Shown piece after piece: positions 50,301-61,492 of a DNA stretch of 64,000 nucleotides. The translations under genes were made by a program, and so were the position numbers. Position 1 is the first letter of the stretch; each line of letters opens with the position of its first letter. The DNA is from Paraspadella gotoi. Its lineage: Eukaryota > Animalia > Chaetognatha. The stretch spans positions 6,281,074 to 6,345,073 of the forward strand of contig JBJCIZ010000239.1 of NCBI GenBank assembly GCA_051294375.1, read 5' to 3'. The notes under the pieces are model-generated. The model saw only the letters and a list, made by a program, of their open reading frames with translations, ran no database searches and was not told where the DNA came from.

Positions 50301-53300
50301 TGTCATAGTCATTCCTTGGCAAAGTGCTCCTCACCATCTCGAAGAGTAACAGTTTCAAAGGAAAAATTAAGGACCCGCAATTTCTTGGCGCGTGCACGCC
50401 CTCCTCATCTACTGCGGTTAGTACAATATGTGCTCGTGCTGATACCGTAAAGTAGTTATGTTTCAGTTATATAATGGCACAACACTCTATTAGGACAGGT
50501 CATATCGCCTCTCGCTTCGTGTCCGACATTGTCTCCAAATGGCATGAACACAAGTAACTCGTTTTATATACTTTCTCCTTCTCTTCTGGACAAATCTAAT
50601 AGAGGCAACCTTCATCTTCTACTCCTCTCTCTTTTTTTCTTTCTTTCTTTCTTTCTTTCTTTCTTGCTTTTTTTTCTTCTTTAACTTGTAACATGTAGTT
50701 TCCTTCTTTCTTTATGTTTTCTTTCCTTCTTTTTTTAAATTTTTTTTCACTCTTTCTTTCTTCTCCTTTCTTCCTCTTCCTCTTTAANNNNNNNNNNNNN
50801 NNNNNNNNNNNNNNNNNNNNNNNNNNNNNNNNNNNNNNNNNNNNNNNNNNNNNNNNNNNNNNNNNNNNNNNNNNNNNNNNNNNNNNNNNNNNNNNNNNNN
50901 NNNNNNNNNNNNNNNNNNNNNNNNNNNNNNNNNNNNNNNNNNNNNNNNNNNNNNNNNNNNNNNNNNNCAGCAGAAAGTGGACGATCATCCAACCGCGCCC
51001 GATGACGCTGTAATGAGGCAAACCTTCGGTCCAGATGTCCTCGACGATCCCCTGGCAGAGAGGGTGCGCCACAAACTCTTTTTGCCTTTTGTGCATCGCG
51101 TCCTTTGAGGAAGGGGGGGAAAACAATATTAATAATGTATAACTAAAGACTAAATGCATCGCTGGGCTATATTTTTCAAAAGAGCCCCAAATCTGCTTTA
51201 ATTCTATTTAAGGAAAGTTTTAGGTTTAAAGATTAGGTTACGGGTCAAGAATTTGGAAAGACATTAAGGTCAAGGTTTAGGATTAGAAGTTAAAGTTTGG
51301 GTTAGGGATTAGTTATTACTGTTAGAGAAAATTATATGGGAATTGAATTGAAATATTCTTTGAACAATTGTGAGAGAGTCTTGATTGAAAGCTTACAGGG
51401 TCCTTTTATGTTATCTTGTAATAGTGAAAGGGGCCGTAACTTACTTTAGCATGTTTAAGGTCAGGGGCAAGATAGTTTATTTATTAAATGTATGTGTAAT
51501 CTTTATATTGGTTTTACAAATTTCATTAGAAAATTTCCCCCCAAAAAATGATATCATCTAAATCTAACCACGATTCCAACGACGACGACCAACTGCCCAC
51601 ACCTTCAGCACAGCGTAAGGATCCCACCGTCCATGCGAATCCGTCCGTCCCAGCAGCGTTTCCACCTCCGCGCCGCGACAAGCTCCCAGCAGAGCCGCGG
51701 CGTGGCCACTCGCGGCAGCCGCCATCTCGCGATAGTCCTCGAAGAACTTGGGCTCCTTGAGAATCGGGAGAGGAGGTAGGAAAGTATAGATTGGGTCGGT
51801 CGGTCGGTCTGTCGGTATGTCTATCCGTTTTGTTATGTTAAAAATGCATATAATTCGCCTATAGTCGGTTGCTCATTTGTTAAGACAGGAAAAAACCTCA
51901 AATTTTAGTGACTGCTAGCGCCGCCTTCAGGAAATCCTAAAACTATAAGGAATAAAAGACGGAATTACTTGTCATAAATACACGGGCTCAGAACGTTTTT
52001 TAGTCATGTCATGTCATGTCATATCAGGTGATCAAAGGAAAATTCACGATTGGATGAACCGATCTTGTTAAAAATATGTTTACTGTTTGTCCGTAGTTAT
52101 TTTTTATTTCACAATCTTTGACAGTCTTTCTATCTTTCATTGTCGATGCTGAAGTAATTTTAATCGGTCTCTTCTAATAGAGGCAACTCTATCCGTCTGT
52201 CAATCTGTGGATAAGGCCCCAAGTTGGCAGAAAATTTTCATAAGTAACTTCTTAGCCAAGCTTGAGCAGATGTTTTCACTCAAATGTGACACCGGGTAAC
52301 AGCATAAGAAGTCTCGCTTAAAGGCGAGATAAACTTGTCCCTAAGCCCGAGTACAAATCTGTCTCTCCGCTCCTAACTGCGATATGATTATTTAATATGA
52401 TCTTGAATGCGATTGAATTTCTCAATCTCATTTACANNNNNNNNNNNNNNNNNNNNNNNNNACCTCCTGTGTTAAAGCCGAAGTGAAAATGTAAAAAAAT
52501 TTAACCATAAATACAATTGTAAAGGTAATAGGTAAGTAAGAATAAAAAACTCATGAACATTAATTTATAAAAAATTTTATTATAAATTGTAATTACGCAT
52601 TAGCTTTATTTAAACCATACTGAAGTTTTAAATTCATAACAGCCTTTTTTTCATTTGGATTCTTCTGTTCTTGAAGTGATAGAAAGACAATAAAACTCCT
52701 AATTTAAATTTCTCATTCATTTCATCTCTCTCTTCTCTCTCTCTCTCTCCTCTCTCTCTCTCCCCCGTCCTCTCTCATCTCTTCCTCTCTCTCTCTCTCT
52801 CCTCTTCTCTCTCTCTCCTCTCTCTCTCTCATCTCGCCTTGTAGGCCTTTGGGATTGCCCATTCCCGAAGACGTCCACAACACTGTTGGTGAGGAATTCT
52901 TCTTGTAGAGTGGACTTTCCCCAGCGGGGATTCGCAGAGAGGGAAAGAATTAGTCACGGGGTCGGTGCGGATGTGGCAGTAGTTCCTGAGTTAAAGGGGA
53001 GGGTAGTTCATCTGGGTGGGAATCATTTTCGGACCGTTGCGTTTTCCAAGGAACAAAGAATTTTAGGGAAAAAAGGGAAAGAAACGGAAGAGAAAAGGAA
53101 TTTAAATGTTCCGTTTTCTGTTCTGTTTCTGTCTGTTCTGTTCTGTTTTGTTCCGTTTTGTTCTGCCTGTTCGTTTCTGTTCTTTTCAATTTTCCGTTTA
53201 CCTTCCCTTTCCTTTTCCATGTCCCTTTTCTTTTTTCATTCCCTTTTCCTTTCCATTCTTCCCTTTTTCCTTTTCATGTCCCTTTTCTTTCATTTCCTCT

Positions 53301-55476
53301 TCCCCTTTTCATCTTCCTTCTACAACTCACCCTGAGGCAAAATAGAAGAAACTGATTATCCCATCGAGGAGAAGCAGATTGATGGACAGCCGACGCCCAT
53401 GAACAAACACGTAGCTCACGTCCTGATCGTGCTGCAACAGACATGATTCCTGCAGCACGCACCGACAACCGAGAAGCGGTTCACTGGCAGATCTGACAGC
53501 AGCCGCCAGGAAGCGAGAGCAGCGGTGGGCGAGGAAAGAAGAAAATCTCCGCAGCCAAGAGGTAATTCTCGGAAGACGTCCAGAGGCGTAACGAGATGAA
53601 GGGGATGGGGAAGCTCCGGAGAGAGAGAGAGAGCAGAGAGAGAAGAGTGAGGTAATTAGAGTGAAACGGAGAGTAGAAACCGCCCAAGCGAGGCGGAGAG
53701 AACGGAGACAAGACGCTGACCCCTACGAGAAGGAGGTGAGTTATTTTGGCAAATTTGTGAACACTCCGTGGCCACGGACGCCGAAATTACCCATGCAGGT
53801 TTTTCACCCATTAAACTTTATTTTTGACTAAATAAAAACTTTAGTTACATTGAACGCTTTATTAAATTATTTATATTTCACATAAATTGTTTATCAGATC
53901 ATTATTTTACCGGACTTTTGATATCAAGTCTCCAATGCACCACGAATTCAAATATTAAACTTTAGATGGCATTTATTTTATATGCGAGCCCATACTCTGA
54001 CTAATTGTATCATTTAATAAGGACTTTTGTTTTTCATTAAAACTAAAGAGTCTCATCTGTTAACTTTTGTTTTCATTAATTGCTTTCTTTAACTCTTGTT
54101 TTATCTTGAAATTATTCAGTGTCTTGATTTTACTCTTCCAATGAATAAATTGATATACTTTTATATCCTGAATGTTTTTTATCTCCTTCTCATCAATGTA
54201 ACTAATACTATTTACAAAAAGAGAGAACTTTCAAACTAGAGGAGAATCTTTTCATCAATCAAATAATTAAAAGACAATCAGTTGATACCATAACGTTGTG
54301 CCTTCCCTGCGGTCAACTACAGCTAATACATCTAAGAACCACATTCGTTGTCCTGTGGTCGTCATCAACCGTCTACTAGCTACAGGTCGGCCGTCCCCGA
54401 TCCAACCTGATCTCCACACCGACTAACGCTTCCCAAACATATTGCTTTTCAATAACAACGATCTAAATTAAAACAAATAAAAAGTAAATAAGATTAAAAA
54501 CAAACAACAACAACAACAGCAACAACAGCAAAAACAAACAAAAAACAACAAAAACGAAAAACACAAATACCTCCACCCCCTCCCGCCCGCCGCCGCCGCC
54601 GCGCCTTCCCCTTCCCTCGCTTGACCAAAAAACCCGACGCCCCAAGTGAACGTTAAGACGCCGCGAAACCCGCCGCCGTCCGACGCGGGCGTACAAGTTC
54701 CACGACTGAGAAAAGTAGAGTCGCGCCGCTTTGGCGCAACGCCAAGGAACGGCGCCGGCCACGTGCGCCGCCAGCGCCGCCCGAAGTAGACGAGAAGTAC
54801 GAGGCTCGATCGTCGAGCGCCTTGGCGGTGGAAGCTCATGTGGCGGGGACCTCCAAAGGCCTGCTTGGTCACCTGTGGTGGGGAGATGGGATTGAATTGG
54901 TCGCTTGAAAGAGATTGATTGGTGAAAGGAGACCGGATAATGATTTGGTTCGAAATGATTGGGAGGGAATTGAAGGAAAGAGTTGATTAGTTCGTTCGGA
55001 TTGATTGATTTGATTGACTAATTCTGATGGTTTTGACCAATTAAAAATCGAATTAGAAAAAATTGGGAAAGATTTCCTAAAAAAAAATAATACGCACGCT
55101 ACTCACCTTCTCATCTCTTGCCTTACACTATCCTCTCCTTCACCTCAATTCCCCCACACAACCCTTAGACTCGTCTCTCACCCCACCCCCCGTTCGCACA
55201 CTTCATCCCCTGGTCCCCCCCCAACCCATTCTCCCCCCCTTCAAACTCTCAACCCGCCAGAAGCAGACAAAGACAGAACACTCAAGAGCAGACCCAACTC
55301 TCACCTCGCAGCAGAGCAGAACCAAGAAGACGACGTATGCCGCGTAGAATCTCAAACAATCTGGCGCGTCCGCTGAGAAGGTCGAAGGCGTCGAGGCGGA
55401 GGGAAACTGGACGAGCATCTCGAGGATCGGGGCGAAAGCCGGGCGTTCTTTTGAGGTGTGTGTGTGTGGAGAGAGA

Positions 55477-55550
<74 letters not shown>

Positions 55551-58500
55551 GAGAGAGTTTTCTCTCTATTATCCTTGTTTCTTTTGATTTTTTCTCTTTT
55601 TGCTTTTATTCCATTTTTCTCTTTCTTTCTTCTTTCTTTCTTTTCTTTCTTTCTTTCTTTCTTCTTTCTTCCTTTCTTTCTTTCTTTCTTTCTTGCTTTT
55701 TTTTCTTCTTTAACTTGTAACATGTAGTTTCCTTCTTTCTTTATGTTTCTTTCCTTCTTTTTTTAAATTTTTTCACTCTTTCTTTCTTCTCCTTTCTTCC
55801 TCTTCCTCTTTAACCCCACCCCCACTCACCCCCCTTTCTTCCCCGTCCCCCGCCCGCGACGACGGACCCCACAAGTAAGCCGAGGTCAGCGGGAGCAGCG
55901 CCAGGCTAGCCAGAAAGTGAGGACGAATCATCCAACCCGCGCCCGATGACGCTGTAATGAGGCCACAACCTTCGGTCCAGATTGTCCTGACGATCCCACT
56001 GGCGCAGAGAGGGTGCGACACAAACTTCTTTTTTGCCTTTTGTGCACATCGCGGTCCTTTGAGGAAGGGGAAAAAAACAATATTAATAATGTATAAACTA
56101 AAGACTAACAATGCATCGCTGGGCTATATTTTTTCAAAAGAGCCCCAAATCTGCTTTAATTCTATTTTAAGGAAAGTAGTTGGTTTAAGATTAGGTTACG
56201 GGTCAAGGAATTTGGAAAAGACATTAAGCGTTCAAGGTTTAGGATTAGAAGTTAAAGTTTGGTTTAGGGATTTAGTTATTACTGTTAGAGAAAAATTATA
56301 TGGGAATTGAATTGAAATATTCTTTGAACAATTTGTAGAGAGTCTTGATTGAAAGCTTTACAGGGTGGTCCCTTTATGTTACTCTTGTAATAGTGAAAGG
56401 AGGCCTAACTTACTTTAGCATGGTTTAAGGTTCAGGGGCAACCCAGTTTTACTTTATTACACTGCTATGCGTGTTAATCTTTATATTGGTTTTACAAAAT
56501 TCATTGAAAATTTCCCCCCAAAAAATGATATCATCTAATCTAACCACGATTCAACGACGACGACCAACTGCCCACACCTTCAGCACAGCGTAAGGATCCC
56601 ACCGTCCATGCGAATCGTCCGTCCCAGCAGCGTTTCCACCTCCGCGCCGCGACAAGCTCCCAGCAGAGCCGCGGCGTTGGCCCACTCGCGGCAGCCGCCC
56701 ATCTTCGCGATAGTCCTCGAAGACTTGGGCTCCTTGAGATCGGGAAGAGGACGGTAGGAAAGTATAAAATGCTCGGATCCGGAGCAGGGTCTCGTTCGAG
56801 TACCTCTAGTCCATATCCATTTTGATATGTGTAAAAAAATGCATATAATTCGCCTATAGTCGGTTGCTCATTTGTTAAGACAGGGAAAAACCTTCAAATT
56901 TTAGTGACTGCTAGCGCCGCCTTCAGGAAATCCTAAAACTATAAGGAATAAAAGACGGAATTACTCTGTCATAAATACACGGGCTCAGAAGTTTTTAGTC
57001 ATGTCATGTCATGTCATATCAGTGATCAAAGGAAAATTCACGATTGGATGAACCGATCTTGTTAAAAATATGTTTACTGTTTGTCCGTAGTTATTTTTTA
57101 TTTCACAATCTTTGACAGTCTTTTCTATCTTTCATTGTCGATGCTAAAGTAATTTTAATCGGTCTCCTTCTAATAGAGGCAACTCTATCCGTCTGTCAAT
57201 CTGTGGATTAAGGCCCCAAGTTGGCAGAAAATTTTCATAAGTAACTTCTTAGCCAAGCTTGAGCAGATGTTTTCACTCAAATGATGACCACACGGGTAAC
57301 AGCATTAAGAAGTCTCGCCTTAAAGGCGAGATAAACTTGTCCCTAAGCCCGAGTACAAATCTGTCTCTCCGCTCCTAAAACTGCGATATGATTATTTAAT
57401 ATGATCTTGAATGCGATTGAATTTCTCCAATCATCATTTACATGTTGTAAGTTAAATCTAAAATGGCGTTGATTTATTCTGGAATTTTATATTAGTCTGT
57501 TTTTCGGTTTTCAGTATGTTTCATTACATACAGTATACAAATAAGCTATTATATTAACTACCTAAATATACTTTACCTACCATGTGTACCGTCTCTCGCA
57601 CCTGCTTGGCTCGGCGCAGCACGCCGCGCGAAAAGTCGAAGCAGAACCCGCACGGGATCCTCAGCTCGCAGCAGGGTTGGTGACGCTAGGCAAGGCCCCA
57701 ACTCATTGGCCCTGAAAAGCGCTCGGCCGAGCAGGCGCCATCTCCAAGGTTTCCGGCGTCTTTGAGGAACGATGCGGCGCGCCGCTCGGAGACAGAAGCC
57801 CATCGGCTGAGAAGAGAGACGAGGGGGAAATTGGTCCACGAGAGAAGCGACGAGCTGAGATGAAGAGGGGAAGAAGGAGGAAGAGGAGGTGGGATGGAGG
57901 AGGAGGAGGAGGGGGGTGGAAAGAGGACGGGACAGCGAAGGAGTAACGGAAGAGGAGGTTGAGGGACCTAGAGGAGGTATGGGAGGTGGAGGTTGGCAGG
58001 AGGAGGGAGGAAGAGGCCAGGTGAGGGTGGAAAAGAGAGAGTGGAAGGAAGAGGAGGAAGAGGAGGGGTGGGATTAAAGATTAAAATAAATAAAAAAAAC
58101 AAAAACTAAAAATGAAAAAAAAAAGAAACATAAGCGATGAACACAAACGAAGCAAACAAAAAAAAAAACAAATAAACATTGAACATAGAAACAAAACAAA
58201 AAACAATAAACTAAAAGAAAAAAAAAAACAAACAAAAATAAACGAAACCAAACAACACAAAACAAAAAGAACGAAAAAAAAAACTAAACCCTCCACCTTA
58301 AATCAACACCCTCTCCCTCCTCCTCCTCCTCTCCTCCTCCTCCTCGCCCCCTTTTTTCTTGTTGCCCCCTATACCCAACGGATCAGCAGCAGCTCTCGGA
58401 AAAGTCGGAGCTGCTGAAGCCGACTCTCCGAACGCCGCCGGAGAGACGCGATGGAACCGAAGCCGAAACCGGCGCCCGGCGGATGGACGTGAGACTACGT

Positions 58501-59281
58501 GCCGCCTCGTGACAGGCGGGACAGGCGGCGCCGCGGACACTCGAAACCGGCCGTCGTGGTCCCCTCGCGCGTCGATTTTCGATCTTCGGAGTCGCGAGAG
58601 TCGATTCGTCAGCAGCGGATCGTCCGCGGCGTCGGCGGCGGAGGCACGGCGGAGCGTCGGGGACCACGATCCGGCACGCACCAGTTACTCGCAATCCATC
58701 GCCTCGATCTTTGCGCGACAGAGAGAGGGAGAGTGGCAAGATCATGTGGGGGGGGGAACTTTGGTGGATGGGGGTGTGTGGGGTAGGGGAAGGGCGTCGG
58801 GGTTGTGCGAAGGAGAGCAGGAGGGAAGGATTGAGTGATTGCGTTGAGGCACAATGCACGTTGAACAACATTGTGCTAATTAACGTTAATGTATAAAAAA
58901 ATTGTTTGTTAATTTACCAAGTAGGCTCTTTATATATATATTTTTTGGGACAGAAATGGGGCGATTTCGGATAATAGAGCCAAAGAGAGACCGACCGACC
59001 ATAACCTCCTACCTCGTCTCTCCCATCCTGACGGCGTGAGCGAGGGCATCTCCCAGAGGCAGCCGCGTCCGCAGCCTCGAGCGCCTCGTCAAGAAGCGGA
59101 CGAGATCCTCGCGTCTCCGACAGACGGCGTTGGCGAGGAACCCGCGCCCTCTAAAGTCCAAGTGGGCGGCGTCGACGACGGGGGCGTTCGTCTCCAGCGC
59201 CCTCATCGCCGATTTGGAATCGCCCGTCGAGATGAGTTCGTCAATCTCCGCTTCGAGGGACGGAGCCTCTTCGTCGGCCAT
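43747..59281 (-). CDS. TRPC: TRPC-like (canonical TRP family) cation channel; exons approx. 59013-59281, 58375-58708, 57580-57856, 51603-51755 (copy 56580-56732), 50968-51102 (copy 55877-56056), 55305-55448, ~46495-46780, 45467-45672, 44981-45121, 44307-44579, 44003-44119, 43747-43905
   Basis: Ankyrin-like N-terminus (GDALAHAVRMG); LASPTLLRAEDP; EPKFFEDYREMA...LLGACRGAEVETLL; QKEFVAHPLCQGIVEDIW; S4-S5 LSFLRLLQICQLNRSVGVLQIML; pore VLWDVFG; S6 VLMMNVLVAKMGQSFQ; TRP box DREWKFSR followed by LPPPFNLLP; TAA stop at 43749-43747. Confidence 0.92.
47000..57440. other. Overlapping noisy duplicates within the TRPC gene: 52460-55440 matches 44580-47520; 50610-52436 matches 55660-57440; 47000-50610 is a garbled copy of ~55100-57185
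   Basis: Colinear anchors recur, e.g. cacaccttcagcacagcgtaaggatcccaccgtc at 51598 and 56573, garbled at ~49590; segments are bounded by N gaps. Confidence 0.85.
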
Positions 59282-59500
59282 CTTGGAAAGTTAATTCAAA
59301 AGATTAAATTAAAATAAAAACAAAAATAAAAGATTTTAATGGGTTGCGCCGGTTTTTTCATATAAGATTACGTAACTGTTCAAGTACATTTATACTTTAC
59401 GTACAAGTAGCGTTTAATGATTTATCACCTCTATCAATATATATATACATATTACATAATAATTACTGTATTGACTAAATAATTTCACGGCTTGACCTTC

Positions 59501-59501
<1 letters not shown>

Positions 59502-59569
<68 letters not shown>

Positions 59570-59610
59570 CATTCATTCATTCATTCATTCATTCATTCAT
59601 TCATTCATTC
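59502..59610. repeat. (GATT)n/(CATT)n compound microsatellite upstream of the TRPC start codon
   Basis: Directly visible. Other large microsatellites include (CT)n at ~5510-6030 and (ATT)n at ~16510-16600. Confidence 0.95.
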
Positions 59611-61492
59611 GTTGATCGACTTATTTTTCAGGATGTTGTCTTGTTGATTTTACCACTGTACCTTGAATGCTTGGAGAGAGCAAATCGAAAAAGCAAAACA
59701 ATTATAAAAATGTATTACAATTAATTTTTTAAAAAATCATTTTTGTCATCAATACATTCTGAGACAATCATTTTTCTTTTTTTTTAAATTTATTTTGTTT
59801 TCATTTCCAAAATTTAAAAAATCAAACGGAAAAATAAATTAAGGGACGAATTAAATTTTTCTCGTTCTTTTCCTTTATTGCTAATTTGTTATCATCGTCG
59901 TCGTCGTCGTCGTCGTCGTTTTCGATATTTACTCATTTGAATTCGGTCAGGGTCACTCAACGTCACACAAAAAAGAAACAAAGGGAAAATAAATAACAAT
60001 AAAAATGAAAAATATTTTTACTTTGCTCCTGTGGCGGTCAACTTGCTCAAAATAAGGTATTTATTTTTAAATTTTAGAAATTTTTTTAAAGTTGTCGACT
60101 TCTCTCTGTTTTGTTGACGAAATGTCCAATTTTAACAATTTTGGTTCTATGATAGATATGGTTCGTTTTATTTTCTTTTCGTCGTTTGTTTGAGGTAGAA
60201 ATTTAAATAGTTTGTTTATTTTAGTACTGTTTTTTGTTTACTATGTTTACTATGCCGACTATGTTATTTTGCTTGATGTGATCTGACCGTGAGAATCGCA
60301 TTTTGTCTTCACTTTTCGAATATAAATGTATTTAAAATTAAGAATTAGTCTTAGAACTACTCACTAATTGCGTATGATGGTCTCACTTTAACTATCTAAG
60401 TGAGCGAGAGAAGGTTTCGTCGTGTCCCTTTGACTGTGTGGATAGCGCCCACACTCAATATGCTCAGTGGATCTGAAAGATCACTAACCTAATCCTTAAC
60501 CCTAGTATTTATCCTAATCCATAACCCGAAGGGCCTAAACTCAAATCCAATCATTTGTCCTCAAAATAAATAATTAATAAATTAATAAATTATTATTAAT
60601 ACATTATTATTAATAAATTATAATTATAATTATTATTATTATTAATAAATTAATAATCAAGTTTGATTATCAATTTAAGGTGACGTTTTGGGAAATTAAG
60701 GAATTTTGAGCCTTCATGAAACTTTTTGCTTTCTTTTTTTGGGTTTTTTCCCGTTGGGCGGGGCTGCTCTTTTTTTTAAATTTTTGGGGGGTTAAAAAGT
60801 TTCCGGCCGAAGCGACATCTCTCGGTTCCCGCCAGACATTAGAGGAAGAGCAGAGAGCCGGGCTGTGATGATGACGAGGGAAAGAGGAAAAAAGGGAGGG
60901 AGCTCATCTTCGTCTCGTTTCAACTCTTTTAAGCTGAACTGTTACCAGTGCGTAGGGGAGGCTCCCCTCTCACATGACTGTTTTTTGTTATTTTTTTTTT
61001 ACAGCTTTTAGCCGCTTATTCACTTCTCGCGATAAATGCTTCTTCATTTTTACTGGAAACTCATTTCTCTGATTCTTTTTTTTTTATTTTTTTTATCTAT
61101 AATTACTGACGATTGCGCAATATATTGTAATTTGTAGTTTTATGCAAGTTTTACAATAATCAGTTTGACGCGTCGTATCGCGTCGTTTTTCTATAACAAA
61201 ACACGTATTTATATTGAAGGTGGCGATCCATTCATTTCGTTCATCTTTTATCGTTAATTCTTTTAATTATTTTAGACCTCTGGTGCGTATAAATCTCCAG
61301 GAATGCCCTGAAGTCTAATCTTCGTTATCGCCAATTTAAGTTCCAGATGTATTAAAGGTCGATCAACCCTTTAAACTCTTTTTTTTTTCAGACCCAGGTA
61401 CCTAATATTAATAAAGAAAAAGATTTATAAAATAAAATCTTTTTTGTAATAAAAAAAAAATAACTCATCGAAGTTTCCTGCTCGCCGAGACG

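Noticed and set aside
47000-50610. Novel genes suggested by many short ORFs in complex-looking sequence
   Set aside because: The region is a garbled, insertion-rich copy of ~55100-57185.
57300-57375. Minus-strand peptide RDRFVLGLRDK resembling Ty3/gypsy Gag
   Set aside because: Only about 11 residues, flanked by stop codons, with no other retroelement features.
61392-61397. 6-nt micro-exon (ttttcag|ACCCAG|gtac) upstream of the zinc-finger ORF
   Set aside because: The splice signals are plausible but too short to support without transcript data.
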